A stretch of 63,106 nt of DNA, filler included, from Reticulomyxa filosa (GCA_000512085.1; 18 parts of 18 records of this genome joined end to end with filler, not necessarily neighbours in it), one strand, 5' to 3'; shown: positions 12,288 to 26,500, counted from the whole stretch's first letter. Numbers and translations are program-made. Notes: generated from the letters alone by a model not told the origin.

Positions 12288-13297
12288 AGAGTTTCGTGTT
12301 GCGGTGCCGTGATATTTCGGGGCGAAATCCAGCCTAGCGTCGACAGGCACCAAGCCGACATCCGCGCCGGCTGATTGCCTCCTCCATTCCATGAGCCGCC
12401 AGCCATGAGACACCATGATCCGACACCGGAGCTTCGATAGGTGGTGTCATAGAGGTCGGGCAGCCCGAGAAAATGGCCGAACTCATGAGAGAAGACGCCC
12501 AACCTCCCGTCTTCCGGGGCGGTGAAATAGGCGTAGGCCTTGACTCCGCTGTTCGTGAATACCCTCGGCAACACCCATTTGTGCGACCATATCTTGTCTT
12601 TTCGGCCCGTGGGACTCGGGTCGGTCTCAGCGCCTATACCGGCGTGGACGAGAAAGAGGCCGTCGACGTAGCCATCGCCATTTGCGTCAAATGGAGCAAG
12701 GCTTCCGGTGCCGCAGTACTTTGTGAGAATCTCCTCGAGCAGCCCGGGCGTGTTTCGCGGATAGGTCATGCCCATGCCGCTCTGGCCGTTTGTATAGTGC
12801 GTGTATGGATGATTAGCCCGAATCCACCCGGTTACGGTACCCGTCAAGTTGAGAGACCCGTAGGAAAGGTCCTTGTAGAAGCTATGCATCGAGTTTGGGT
12901 TCGCCGGGTCAAACAACAAATTCTGATAGTGACTTGGCGACTGTGTTCCCGTGTTGTCTGAAAAATCCACGAGCAGAACCAGGCAGTTGAGTACCTTGGG
13001 CCCCGTAGGTGGAGCAAGAGCGAAAGCTTTCGAAGGTTGTCCCGGAGCTGATGGTGGTTGATCCGGGGGATATATGACGCCGTCGTTCAGGCCGACAATC
13101 TGATTCGAGAAAGGTTCGGCGCTCAAGAAACCCGCAGCCTGCGCTAGCCGGGCATCCGCCGCAGACAGAACCTGGCGCTCGACGATCTGCGATTTGATGC
13201 TCGCAACAACGTCAGGATGAGCCATGCAGGTCGTTGGACCCGACCTGTATTCCGAATCGCTATCCGGCACCGACGAAACACATTTCAGGTTACTCAT
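12288..13297 (-). CDS. Bacterial M6 family (immune inhibitor A-like) metalloprotease, 3'-truncated
   Basis: LVLLVDFSD, FDANGDGYVDGLFLVHAG, IWSHKW, HEFGHFLGLPDLYD and WCLMAGGSW. GC-rich, intronless contig. Confidence 0.9.
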
Positions 13298-13526
13298 TTC
13301 CGATCTCCCCCGAAATCAAGAAAAAGCAGGCGCAAGGCAAGTCATGAAATGGTTGCGCGATATATTACTTCTGCGCGCGTGGAGTGTCACGCGCGTTCCC
13401 CGGGGAAATGCAACCGCGAACGATGCNNNNNNNNNNNNNNNNNNNNNNNNNNNNNNNNNNNNNNNNNNNNTTAATTAATTAANNNNNNNNNNNNNNNNNN
13501 NNNNNNNNNNNNNNNNNNNNNNNNNN

Positions 13527-14326
13527 AACAACAACAACAACAACAAATATTTGATAAACAAAGTCCATTGATATTGGATATGTGTTTATGCTTTAAACAT
13601 ATTTGCTCGAATTTTCAATTGGAACTACTTGCCAATGTAAAAGACATTATCGACTCACATTTTTTTCAAGGGTTTACCAAACTCGCTTTGCTGCTGCTGT
13701 CGTTCATGCCAAAGGACGCCGGCAACAACGACACTCGCACGTGGATGAATGAAGGCTTTGACGACTTATGCAAGGGCATGGTCTCCTTGCAGATGTGCTA
13801 CGAAAAGCGTCTCACACATTTCAAAGACCAAAAAACACACATTGTGCTCTTGTTCCAGCAAATGACTGGGAGAATTGTGCATGCCTTTTGTCTGCGAATG
13901 TTGGAATTGGGTGCTTTTGAAATACAACAACAACAACAACATAATAATAATAATAACAACAATTATTCATTCATGCAATCACAATTCTATGATCCCTTAC
14001 ACGTGCAAGATCGGCTCACCACGTTTGGCACTTTGGGTCGAATCCATGCCAAGCCCACGCTGTCTCTCTTGCATGCGCAGTTAATGACACGCATCCAAAA
14101 GCTTATGGACTCGTGCGCGGCCGATACTCCCCTGCCAGAGGTGGGCATTGCTGTGCTCCACGAACAACTGTCATGGCTGTTTCAGTGTTTGGGATATGTC
14201 TTGGCAGATGACTGTCATGGAGAAACCCCAATCGTTCCAACACTACTTTCAACTCTTGATGAACGCAATAGCAGTGATCTTATTGATAATAATAATAACA
14301 ATAACAATGATAGCAATAACAATAAC

Positions 14327-14374
<48 letters not shown>

Positions 14375-16363
14375 CAGTATTCTACTGGTAAACATCCTTT
14401 ATATACTTCTATACAACCCTTGTTCATTTGGGCAGATTTTGAAAATCGCTGCATTGCCAATAACAAAAAAGACCCGCTTTTATCCCCTTATTTGGGAAAT
14501 ATTGTCATCACCATGTTTGACCGATGGATGCACACTTACTTGATGGCCAACACCACTTTCAATTCGTCCATGACCCCTGCGTTTTGGCAATGCTTTGGTG
14601 GGGACTCGCCAGTCGCCAAAAAAATGCTCAATTTTTTGGTTGAAAAATGCATGGTCAACTTGTTTGATTGGATAGAAGAAAGAGAACTAGGCGAAAGCAC
14701 ATGCCGCTTGCTTCTCTCTTTGGCCTCCGTTCCTTCTATTCGTCGTCATTTGAAAGGTTGCCCCTCCTATCAGCAATTCATTTCCCGCTTTCAAAACGGC
14801 ACGCTGCCCTGCACAAAACTGCCTTTGCACATTTTAAGGACTTTCATACAAGCCTTGTGTCGAGCACAAGTGTCTGAAAGCGATAACCCAAAAAAAGAAT
14901 TCCATGATTTCTGTGCACCTTTACAAGTATTTACAAATATATGCATATATGCATATATATACATATATATACATACATATACATATATGTATATATTGTA
15001 TATGCATAACGTATAAACATATATATGCATGTGTATATACAATATTATATACATATATATATATATATATTATAGAAATATATCAATGAAACGTTTAAAT
15101 CTTTTAATAATAACTCAAGCATGAATTCAATTAAGATGGAACGATTGGAAATTAGCTTGGTCATAATTGATGGCATTGTGTTGTCAAATGTCGAACCGGC
15201 GTTTAATTGGACGAGCCAATATTCGCAAACTCTCATCAATGTCCTTTCATTGTTTAGCAGCGAACCAAACACGCAAGTGTCACAAGTGTTTCGCATCTTT
15301 GCGGATTTGGCCGAATTGTATTTAATTTCTTTGCCAAATCCCAAAGGCTTTTTGTCCGTTTGCGTCAAAATTATTCAGGCGTTTGGAAAACTTAACGACG
15401 AAAGGAGCCAATTGTCGCAAAGAAATTCTTTTTTTGACAAGGTTTTTTTTTTTTTTTTTTTTGGATATTTATAATGTCTGAATATCATTTACATATAATG
15501 TTTTGTTTTGTTGACACAAATGAAATAAAAAAAACCCACACATACGAATGCCAAAGCAAAGATTGGAAGAATCGCAAATCGAAGAAATACATGAAATCTT
15601 GCGATTGCTGAAGCACATGTCCACAAAAGACTTGCTCTCTAGTGCGGATGTGCAAACGCTGAGTGGGGAATCTGTATTGATGGGATTGAATTACTTGATT
15701 CCACATTTGAATGATACCTTACTGGAATATCCACAATTGTGTGACGATTTCTTTGACGTGTTGGCTATTGCACTCTCTGTGTTTACTAATCGATTTGCAA
15801 TCATGTCTCGACAGTATCAAACGGTATTAACTGAATCGATTCCATTTGCGCTTCGTCATTGTGATCCGAAGATTGTTCAATATGCTTTGGAGATTATCAC
15901 TTGTATGGCCATTTATCACTTCAGCCATCGTATGTCAATGATTGTATTTTTATGTGTTTATATTGTTCACATTCTTTGTAACTTTTTTTTTTTTTTTCCA
16001 TTTGTGAATGATAATTACAGACAAAGCAACAAAATTTGATTCACTTTTACGACAATTTACACCGCATTTGTTACGGATGTTGTTGGATGAAACTACATCT
16101 AATCTTTTGTTTTCTCAGCTGGCAGATGCTGTTTTACACTTTTTATCTGTGATTTTGATATGCTTACCAAATATGCAAGTGATTTTATCAATCAAAATGC
16201 CAAAAGTGATGCACAAAAGCAAAAGCTACAAAATATCTTTGAACAATTGTTCCAAAAACTCAGGCTTACCATTGACCCATTAGATTATGCAGTGAAAAGA
16301 CAATTCCGCTCTTTTATCTTAGAGTTCATTGCAAAGATCAGAAATGCTGTGTGTGTCAAATAA
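13527..16363 (+). CDS. XPO4: Exportin-4-like importin-beta family protein, 5'-truncated, multi-exon, with a 1-nt frameshift at ~16142
   Basis: LHEQLSWLFQCLGYVLADDCHGETPIVP and LLSPYLG match recalled exportin-4 motifs; also LLEYPQLCDDFF. Contains poly-Asn inserts. Confidence 0.75.
14286..14372 (+). repeat. (AAT/AAC)n coding microsatellite (poly-Asn)
   Basis: Long aataataat run inside the XPO4 exon. Confidence 0.9.
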
Positions 16364-18274
16364 TATATCTAGTTTTGTTTACTTCAATCACAAATCATAT
16401 TTTTTCTTTACTCAGTTCATGTAAAAAAAAAACAAATATTAGATCAATGTTCAAATCAGTGTACACATCAAAGTATTGTTTTGTATACGTTCTTTAAAAC
16501 AATTGTTCTCTTGTTTCTTTCTTTTTCTGAAGAGTGTTGCGAATAACATTTTTTAGTAATCAAATAAGTTCTTTTCAAAAACAACAATTTTAGTTTTGAG
16601 TTTTGGTATGCAAATTAAATACTCGATTTATGTTGCTCAATGTTATATATGATTTCAATACTTTGATATTAAATTTAAGATTTTTTGGAAATCTGATAAT
16701 AAGATCTTTTAGTGCAGAATTAATGGAAAGATCCAATCTCAATATTAAATGTTGCTGGTGTTATGCATTTTTAAAGATAGAATATAATTGTTGATTTAAA
16801 CAAAAATTCTTTGTTTTGTTTGCTGTTCAACTCAACAATTGCTATTGGTTTCTTAATACAACAGAGCTAATAGAACGAAATAAATTTTACTAACCTTTGT
16901 TCATGTAATCTTTCAATTACAAATGTGAAAAATCAATTTTTATTTAAATTTCGTCAGCAAAACTAACAAGTCTTTAACGATTTTATTAAAAAAATTTATA
17001 AAAAGTGTGACTCATGTGATTTAACATTTATGTATAATTAAATTTAAGAGCTGTGTTTATTACTTGAAAATAAAATTAATTGTTACCTAAATCAAGTGCA
17101 TTCTATTTATATATTTGTTATTTTTCATATCATAATGTGCATTATACATAGAATGATTAAATATACACATTTTGATTTTACATTCATTAAATTTCTTTTT
17201 TGAAATTTTTGCAAATTCGTTTTATCTTTCAAAATAAAGTTGATTTAGTTCTTAAATATCATCATTTGTACTGTATAACAATAACATGAAATCTTTAGAA
17301 TAATTTCAATTTAAAAATATTGTAATATAACAAACAAGTTAACTTCAAACTTGCAAAAAATAAATGTAAATGAATTAAATTTCTGTCAGAATATTTCGAA
17401 AAGAATCTAGTCAAATGATATATTGACAAATGAATAACTGCAATACAAAAATTTGTCATATTAGCTTCAATACCATATTGTAAGATTATTTTAATTTTTT
17501 TCAAAAAAAAAAATATGACAAATTTACTGGATTTTTGGCATTAATTCATGTGTGTCTGTCTCTTGAAGATAATATGATAGTCGATATGTTAGCAACTTCA
17601 TTTATTTTCGCATAAAGTATCTTCAAACAAAATAAAAAAAAAGTGTTGCAAAAGTGCATCGATATATAAATATTCAAGCATGTTATAAATTCATAGAATG
17701 TTGACTTTTTTAAAATAATTTTAAAAAATTAAACAATGTTAATATAAATAATTTGATATTCTTTTGTTCAAAATTTAAATTATTGAAAAATGAATAATAT
17801 AGCTATATCAATGCAATTTTTTGTGTTTATAATATGGTATTATCTTTATTAATACTGACCCACAAGGTACATGACTGCTATTTAAGCATGCAATATTTTT
17901 GTGTGAAATACTCATTCTTTAACTAATTTCTTTTTCGTAAGCTATAAAATACAAAAAGTAAAGAAAAGCGTTGCAAGAAGCACAAGGCATTGAACCCAAA
18001 ATTCCATTTATGTTGTATATGGATAAAATATTCATAATCATCATAAATCGATAAATAATTGTACATTATTCAAAGAGGTCGTTAGGATCTAATTATAGTT
18101 TTTTGAGGCAAAACTAATATTACCGCGTTAGCGAAAAAGAAAATATACGAGTACGCCTTTTTTTCCCACAAAAATATGCATTTGAATGAATTGTCAAAAG
18201 AAAAAGTGGAGAATACCATTCCGCTTGATACAATCACAAACACACAAATAAAAAAAAAGATAAAAATAAAAAGT

Positions 18275-19721
18275 TTATTGTTTTACAATGCCATAAGAGT
18301 CTTGTTTGTTTGAGACATCGGTGGGAATGGAGCCAGTTTCCCATATATTTTGCACACCAGTGTGTTTTTCTACTCCTTTGACTTTTATGATGCCATAGCT
18401 ATCATGTTGCGCGGTAGTGTCAACAGGTAATGAGCCTTTTTCCCATTTGCTTTGCGCTTCACTGTGTTTTTCTAACCCTTTGACCTTAACTATGCCATAG
18501 CTGTCGTGTTCTGAAGATATGTTTGTAGCGATTGCGCCTTTTTCCCATTTGCTTTGCGCCCCGGTGTGTTTCTCCAACCCCTTTACTTTGACCACTCCAT
18601 ACGAGTCATGTTTGCTACTCGTGTCATTCGCCAGAGATCCATTGTCCCATTTACTCATCCCACCGCTGTGTTTTTCCATATCTTTCCTGTGAGTTTTTTT
18701 TTTTTTACAAAAAAAAAATGTAATGTCCACTGCACCACAAAGTTACAAACAGACAAACAAAACCAACCCTTTGATTATTCCATACGAGTCAAAATTCTCA
18801 GTTTTTTGTTCCTTGTCTCCTTTGCTTAGTAATGGAACTGCACTTTTGCTCTTCGCCAAAACCTTTGTTCAAACACAAGACATACCTACGTATAATATAT
18901 ACATTTTTTTTTTTGTTCTTGCAACCTCAAAAAAAAAAACGTTGCTATTGAAGTATCTGCAAAAACACTCCTCAAGTTCTGGACAAACAAACTTCTTTGG
19001 AAAAATTTCTTTCATTTTTGTCTGCAAATTTGACACCGATGTAAGGTCCCTTAAATGAAGGTATGTTCCTTGATGCTGCACTCAATGCGAAGATGTTGTC
19101 GATCACCTTTTTTTTTTTTTTGAAAGGGTGGGACCAAAAAAAAATAAAATTCTAATCCCTTTTAATCAACCAATCATTTGATTACGTTGCTTTTCGTTTC
19201 CATTAAAGGATAAGTGAGACTAAATATATAACTGCTTTTGGTCGTTGTCCGTCGTACAAGTCTCTATGTGAGGTTTTTTCATTGGAACCATTCACGAAAT
19301 GATTTAAAAAAAAAAAATTGAATAAATAAAAAAAATGACCTGCTTTCGAATCGATCCGTCGATTTCAACCCCAGCTCGGCACAACCATTCAAATAAATTT
19401 CAATGTTTTGACGACACACAAATGGTATATTTGATGGTTTGTATTTTCTATTTTTTTGTGTTTTGTTTAGGTTTGGATTTTTATTTTGCTGTTTTTTTCC
19501 CTCTGCCTTTGCTCACCGAACTTGCAAGTCCCTTCTTTGATTGCATTTACAAGATCACACAATATCACACCATCTCGGAGCGCTTCCATCAAATTTCCAC
19601 TTATTTGTTTTCTCAACACTATTTCATATTGGAGTCTTTTTTAAAAAAGCCAACCCTCCCCTTCTCTCTCTTTCTTACCTGTTCCAATCCATTTTTTAGC
19701 TTCTTCTTCTTGCTCTGCCAT
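18275..19721 (-). CDS. Calponin/transgelin-like CH-domain protein with four 34-aa C-terminal repeats, ~7 exons
   Basis: Spliced: MAEQEEEAKKWIGTVLRKQISGNLMEALRDGVILCDLVNAIKEG..PFVCRQNIEIYLNGCAELGLKSTDRFESRDLYDGQRPKAVIDNIFALS..GPYIGVKFADKNERNFSKEVL, then DSYG(I/V)(I/V)K..EKH..W..G repeats. Confidence 0.85.
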
Positions 19722-21380
19722 ATTTTAATTTTGCAGTACGAGATATTGAAACGATGACCGCAAATTGTCTGGTGATTTTTAATGCTTTTTTTTGTTATTT
19801 TGGGGTTTATGTCGTCCAGGTGCTTCGAAGCCTCTTGTTCCTTCACTTTTTTGCTTGTTTTTGTTAAGTACTTTGCAAAACCAAGTACTAAAAAAAATTG
19901 CTAAACTGTGGAACACTTTGTATTTTTTTGATTGATTTAACAAATTCAGTATTTTCAAAATGTGGAAATTGAAAATATATAGTTCCTTTTATGACTGAAT
20001 CTTATTCTTTATGTAAACTCAATATTCTTTGATCTTCTCTGGCTGCTCTTGTCAACAAAATTGTGATAGAAAATAATTTCTGTTGCTATCTTTTTATTGA
20101 AAATCTTAAAAAGGTTGCAAGTTTGGCAGCTCTCAAAGAAAACGGTTTAGAAAGGAAGCCACAAATTCGGAAATGTTCATCATTTTGAAATAAGGATCTG
20201 AAGTCTGTTGTTTTTTCTAAACAAGCAAGAAAAAAGGATAAACTAGTGTTCGTTTGTTAAATTAAAACGTTGCACTATGAACAAATTAATTGACTAAAGT
20301 AAAAAACACTTAAACAAACATAAAACTAATCGAACTAGCTTCACTTGTACAATGTGGTGAAGGCAAACAATTTTTTTTGTCAGCCAGATTTGAACAAAAG
20401 AACGGCAACTTGTCCCAAATAAAAATAAATGAAATGCTTTGTTTCATGAGTGACATAACTACCAAAATTCCGTCCAACAATGCAATGCCATGTTGGGTTG
20501 TGTTTTTTGTCGAATTCTTTTTTTATGTATGCTGCGACATCTTTTTCGATAGAGAATTTATCCAGTGCCTGTATTGTAAAAATTATTTAAAAAATAAAAA
20601 TAAAACTGCTTCATTATTATTCTTTTTGTGTTGTTTTGTAATGATGTTTAAACTTGTGTTGCAACATCGACCGCTTCGAGTTGCATCTCTTCTGCCATGT
20701 CAGCAATTTTGATTACTGCTTTTCGTGCTTCTGATGCCATCTGTCTGATTACTTTATAGATTGAGTACTTGTTATATTCACAATTGAAGATGAAGCAACT
20801 AAGTTATTAAAACACGAAAGGAATTGCAAAAAGCGAAAGAAAAAGTGATGTCACCAAAACGTCATAATTACTTTGAAAAATCATTGGGCAAATTGGCACT
20901 GAAAAAGATGTAAAATGAAGATTTTATTAAAGGACAGATAACAATTTTTATTTTTTTTTTAAATTGTGCCCAGCTTTTAAGGTGGTTGATGAGGCATTAA
21001 AATCAAAGAAAAAAATGAATTTTGATGTAGTAGAATGGTAGTTGCAGAAAACAAAGAGTCCATTACAAAGAGAAAACAAAAAGATGAAATTAAAAAATTT
21101 CAAACTTTTTTGAAAAAAAAAAAATGCGAAAGATACCAAAAGAATGAACCTTGAGCTTGCCTTTGACTGTGGTAACACCCGTCAAAAAGAGANNNNNNNN
21201 NNNNNNNNNNNNNNNNNNNNNNNNNNNNNNNNNNNNTTAATTAATTAANNNNNNNNNNNNNNNNNNNNNNNNNNNNNNNNNNNNNNNNNNNNCTTATCAG
21301 TTGGAGAAAATCTTTATGCTGCGTTTAGACAAGGGCCCATAAATATCTATCCCAATTGTAATACACAATCACATCCTCCT

Positions 21381-22620
21381 TCAAATTCTTGCATTGACCA
21401 TCCACTTCTTAATTGTTGCTGCCGTTATCGTGTTTGAGAAGATGCAGATCAGATAATTCTTTTTATCGTCGAGTCCAGCAAATTGGGATAGTTGCTCGAC
21501 GCTGTCATAACATATATCTCGATAACGACTTTTGATGAGATCTTCGATGATCGTGTAATGCGCCTTTTCTTGCAAGCAACTCGCTAATTGTTCACAACCT
21601 ATTTTCATGCATGTATATAAGTTTTTTTTAAAACACTGTTTTTTTTTTTTAGAGTAAATAGAAAAAATGAAAAACTATTTATTGATGAAATTTCGGACCA
21701 TTGGACAGATTGCAATAACACCAATACAATATAGCCCACAGCATCCTCCGATTTTGGCCAATTTGAACAACTTTTGCGTTAGCAATCGTCTTTCAAATCT
21801 CAACAGTGTTGCAGCAAGTCTATGATATCTCGCATCTTGCCCATTTGCCAGCCAGAAAAAATTTTCATATCGAAGACGAATGCTTGCAAGATCGCCAACT
21901 TTTTGCAACGTATGACATGTCAATTGCGCGCGTACGACCAGATATCCGATATTTCCACGCATTCTAATGATGAACGTAAAAATAGTTTGAAGGCGATTAT
22001 AAAAGTATGGATGAGATGGAAAAGCGTGATGATGAAAGCAATGAAGTGATCTTGATAGACTTGAGATTGAACAAGTCGACAATGTTATCAAATATGAGGT
22101 GAGCTGGACGTATAAACAGCATAATGTATATAATTTTTAATCTTTCCAAAGCAGTTTGTGAAGATTTTGCCAATTGTTTCCTCCCACTCCTTTTATATTG
22201 TACTGCAGCTACTGTTCACACATTATCTTGCTTGAGTCTTCCATTATCCAAGTGCATCGCAGACCAGAAATAAACTTCATATCATGCGCTTCGACGAAGA
22301 ATCGCTTTCCATTTTGGTCAGTACAATTCCATCTTTATTTGCCCACTTCAAATATCTATTGAAATATTTTAAGCGACACACAATATACGTATATATATCT
22401 GCTATTAGTGTTGTTGATTGCATAAAGAAAAATAATTAAACTTTTTCAACATAATTTTAATGCCTGGAACAGGAAAGTGAATGATCAAATTACGCTGTCA
22501 ATGATTTGTCGCCGCTCTGTTGATCAATTTTCAATTATTACTTCCTCCTTCTTGATATGGTCTACAATTGCTTTGACATTTTTATGTTTCATTGCTTCAT
22601 TTTACTATTAAAAAAAAATT
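21381..22620 (-). pseudogene. Degraded coding sequence of unknown family
   Basis: Protein-like frame (CKKLAILQAFVFDMKIFSGWQMGKMRDIIDLLQHC*DLKDDC*RKS..) is interrupted by in-frame stops. Confidence 0.35.
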
Positions 22621-23594
22621 TCTTGCAGGAAAATAATCANNNNNNNNNNNNNNNNNNNNNNNNNNNNNNNNNNNNNNNNNNNNTTAATTAATTAANNNNN
22701 NNNNNNNNNNNNNNNNNNNNNNNNNNNNNNNNNNNNNNNGTTAAACCAAACTATTGCAATCAAAATAAAATAAAACAAACATAGAATTTGTTGAAACTTT
22801 CTTGTTAGTTTCCGGGCCTTTTCGTTGCTTTCCGGGCCTTGCTCCTCGCGTACTTTTGGCGTGGGCGCGTTCAGCATCATCGCATGTTAATGAGATGACT
22901 AGCCACGATGAGGGGAAGTATTTTGGCATTTCTGCCAATCCCTTTCGCGCCGACATTTACCCCTATTGACTTTTAGTTAGTCAATGTATATTTTTTTTTT
23001 TTCCTATCTTTTCTGTGTTAATTTTGTGACTTCAATTGTTCGTGTCAGTACTGAACAAAGTCCACACTCCACCGCTGCGGAATAGAACCAAAACTTACTT
23101 ATATTAAATGCGCGTACTTTTCGAAACAACAAAATCACGATCAACCTTGCCATGCCTTATGCTACCCTTCACTGAACTGATAAAAGAATAAATTAGCTAT
23201 TTCAAATATTTATATTCAAGACAAAGTCTCCTAAACGCATACTAGTTGTTGTCGATGGCAATTTTTTGTTGTCGATGGCTTATGACAAAATCTCGTAAGA
23301 CTCAATGATTAAAAAATTAAACGCACTGTATTTCCGTTGCAGACATGTTGTAAAGTTTATGTAAGCGTTCACATACAAAGAGTAAAATAACAAATTCTTT
23401 TTGATGTAAAAAAATATTATTGTTCGATTGTGATATTGCCACGACAAAGTTTGGACATAGTGTCACGGATAACTTACTATTATGCCTCACTGACATTGAA
23501 TGAGACTGATCTCCAATAAAAAAAACAAACGAAAATAGACTTCACTCACAATGCAAATGCCCTCAAATGTGTGCACTTCCGTTCAATGAGAAAA

Positions 23595-26500
23595 TTACAC
23601 ATGAATCAAGATTTCTGAGATTTTTTGAGAATCAGGTAGCAATGCATTTGCCACAATGGTGGAAGACTTGTTAGCATATTGTTTTTGGAACTCTGAGGGT
23701 AAATGTTTGACTGCTTCGTTGACTTGTATTTTCAATTTTTGTTCGTACAAAGTCTTGACATCCCTCCACAGCAAAGTTATTTTGTTGATCATTTGATGTT
23801 CTTTCAATACGATCAAATCCAAACCTTTTTCTCCAATCAAACTGCACTCTCCGCACAAAACTTGAACGTAATAGCAATAATTCATCAATTTCGTGTAACT
23901 TTCATTTGGGAAATTGTCGTTGATTCCTTGTTTTATTTTCTGTTGTAAAGACAAAGAAATTCAATTCGTTTGTAGACATATATGCGATGAAAAATGCAAT
24001 AAAGCGAAGTAAAAAAATATGAAACTTCGTTGATATTCTTTAGTTTCTCTTCGCCACTGGCCATCTCTTTTACAGCAAATTCCAACAATTTGCAGTAATT
24101 ACTTAATTCACTTTGCACATTGGGAGAATTGATATCCAACATTTTAATGAAATAAAAGGCTCTTTTTTGCATTGCAATGACTTCGTCCAAATTGCTGTAG
24201 TTGACAGTGTCCAGCAATTCTCCAAAAGGTTTGTTAAATTTTTTTAGGAACACATTGTCACATTTTTTCTCCCTGCAAAATTCGACCATTTCATTGTATT
24301 TTTTGTGATTGATTGTGGATAGTTCTTGTTCTTTCAGTAAACGATTTATCAATTTTATTTTAGATCGTACGTTCTTTGCTGCCTATTGTTTTGTGTATGT
24401 TCCAAATACAGGCAAAAGAAAAATGATTGAATCAAGTCGAGAACAAAACTGTCTCTAAAAGTGCTAATTCGGCCCATCTTTGAGAATTGTCGTGATCATT
24501 TTCAGTCGAACTTTCGTCGCCGCATTCCTCCAAATCGTTTTCATTGTCTTCATCTTCGTGGGCGGCTAAGGCAGTCAAATATTTCATGCGAGACTTGTTT
24601 TTGGCCAATTGATCATTCAACGTGTTTTTCTCTTGCAATAGTTTCACGATTACATACATTTCCTCTTTGATGTATTGGTCGATTTCTTTCTGTTGCGCCA
24701 CAACAGACAGTGCTCGAGTGGAATTGCTGCTTGTGTTGATGGTCTTCGGAGGCTCGTCGTTTTCAGGTCGTCCTTGGGACACCGTCACGTTGCGCTTGAC
24801 ACTTGGAGAGGTTTCCATCTTGTACAGTTCCTTCATTGTCTGTTGATTTCGAATGCAGATTAACGTCAATTGCATCAAAAAAACAAAATGAAGCTATACC
24901 TTAGCGGTGAAGGCCTCAAAATCAAGTGGTGCTTTGCTGGATTCACCGCCATCTAAGTCTTCGGCGTTTTCGCCTTCCAAATGGATGTCCAGTAGAGATG
25001 GTGTGTGCAATGAAGATGTTTTGTTTTTTTCAATGGTCAAAGTGCCTCCACCGCGCTCAGAATGTTCTTCTGCGATCTCGCTTGTCTCTTGTCTGCAGTT
25101 TCATGTCAACACAACAAACATACTTTTATTTATTTATTTTTGTTCTCTCGTCCATTGTCACAAAACTGATTGCTCTCCTCCACCTCGTCCATCAATGTCC
25201 CTTGAGTTGGAAGTGACTGTGTGTTTTGTTTGTTTCCGTCCTGGAATTCCCATTCATCGTCGTCAAATCCAATTGTACTCGCCACGTTGGTATCTTTGGT
25301 TTTCGCCGCTGTCGTTACAATGTCGTTTGCCAATTGTTTCAAAGGACTGGGAGTTTGTTTTATCCCCCCACTCGATTGTGAGTGTACGGTTTTGATATTA
25401 CCGTTCGCATTGTCATTGGTATTGGCATTGTTATTGGTATTGGCATTGTTATTGGTGTTGGCATTGGTATTAGTATTGGTATTGGCATTGGTATTAGTAT
25501 TGGTATTGACACTATTATTGATGTTGTTATTGGTATTATTATTATTGGCATTGTTACCGTCAGTCCCATCATCAAAGCCAGACCAATCGTTGTCATCGAT
25601 TTGGACATTGGTTTGGATGTTGACAACGTTACTTGGTGGAATCGACGAACGAGCAAAGGCATTCGTGGATGGTGCTGCGCTCTTCTCCATTTCGAACATA
25701 TTTCCCCATTTTATTTCATTTTCTTTTGTCGTCGCTCCCGCTTTGTTCGTGGAAGGGACTGCAATAAACACAAGCAAAGTGTCTTTTTAAACAACAAGTT
25801 TTTTTTCTCCCTTCCTTCCTTCCTCTCTTCCTCCCTTTGTCCCTTCGTTTCAAAGACCTGCTTCAATGCTTTGTGTGCGTATTGCAGTGCGACCTGGTTT
25901 TTCTTCAAAGTTGGCCTATATTACATAGACAACAAATGAGATTAGAAGTTGTGTTTGTGAAATTGCAAAAAAAGGCGAAACTCGTGGCGCTGAATCGATT
26001 GTCTTTTCGGCGAAGCCCATTCCATCCCACACAGGCTCGACGTGCTCTTTCTTTGGAGCTTGTTCTTCAAATCCGTGCCATTCTTCATCAGATGCGGCCG
26101 ATTCATCTCTCGTTGGAACGGACGACTTGGCATTGTCCTCGTTCGTTTCTTGGAACACGCTCTCCAAAGCTTCCATTGCGGCTTTTTGAAAATTGTGATC
26201 CTTTTCCGTCATTGAATTTCTAATGTATTCACACAAACAAAAAAAGCCATCTATTGTCCAATGTCACAAACAAATCAGAGTAATTTTTGAAACTGACAGT
26301 TGTGTCACAGGAACAGCATTATTGGATAAAGTATTGTTGGAACTGCCGTCGTCAAATGTTCCAAATCCAATGTCGTCTTGTTGTTGTTGTTGTTGTTGTT
26401 GTTGATTTGTAGCCGTAACTACGGTATTGTTTTGAGTGCCATCATCAAAGCCGGTCCAATCCTCGGTCGAGTCTGTGGACGGTGCTGCTAACATCGTTGC

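Noticed and set aside
18275-18690. 102-bp periodic repeats as a CRISPR-like array
   Set aside because: They are in-frame protein repeats with synonymous variation; there are no unique spacers and no cas genes.
19335-19390. tRNA-like look (ttcgaatc..cca)
   Set aside because: No cloverleaf can be formed; it is the antisense of a CH-domain exon.
20760-21192. Possible gene fragment (KELQKAKEKVMSPK..)
   Set aside because: It is broken by stops and has no recognisable family, so it is too weak to annotate.
21700-21960. In-frame stops as evidence of an alternative genetic code
   Set aside because: Conserved genes in the window have no internal in-frame stops and end normally at TAA; the mixed TGA/TAA stops fit pseudogene decay.
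22790-22960. GC-richer segment with an aaggcccggaaa direct repeat, considered as a snoRNA or ribozyme
   Set aside because: It has no complete box set or catalytic core and is equally explained as a first exon (MSARKGLAEMP..) cut by the contig end.
25221-25939. Long hydrophobic ORFs (poly LV/IG)
   Set aside because: They are antisense shadows of Asn/Thr-rich repeats in the minus-strand gene.
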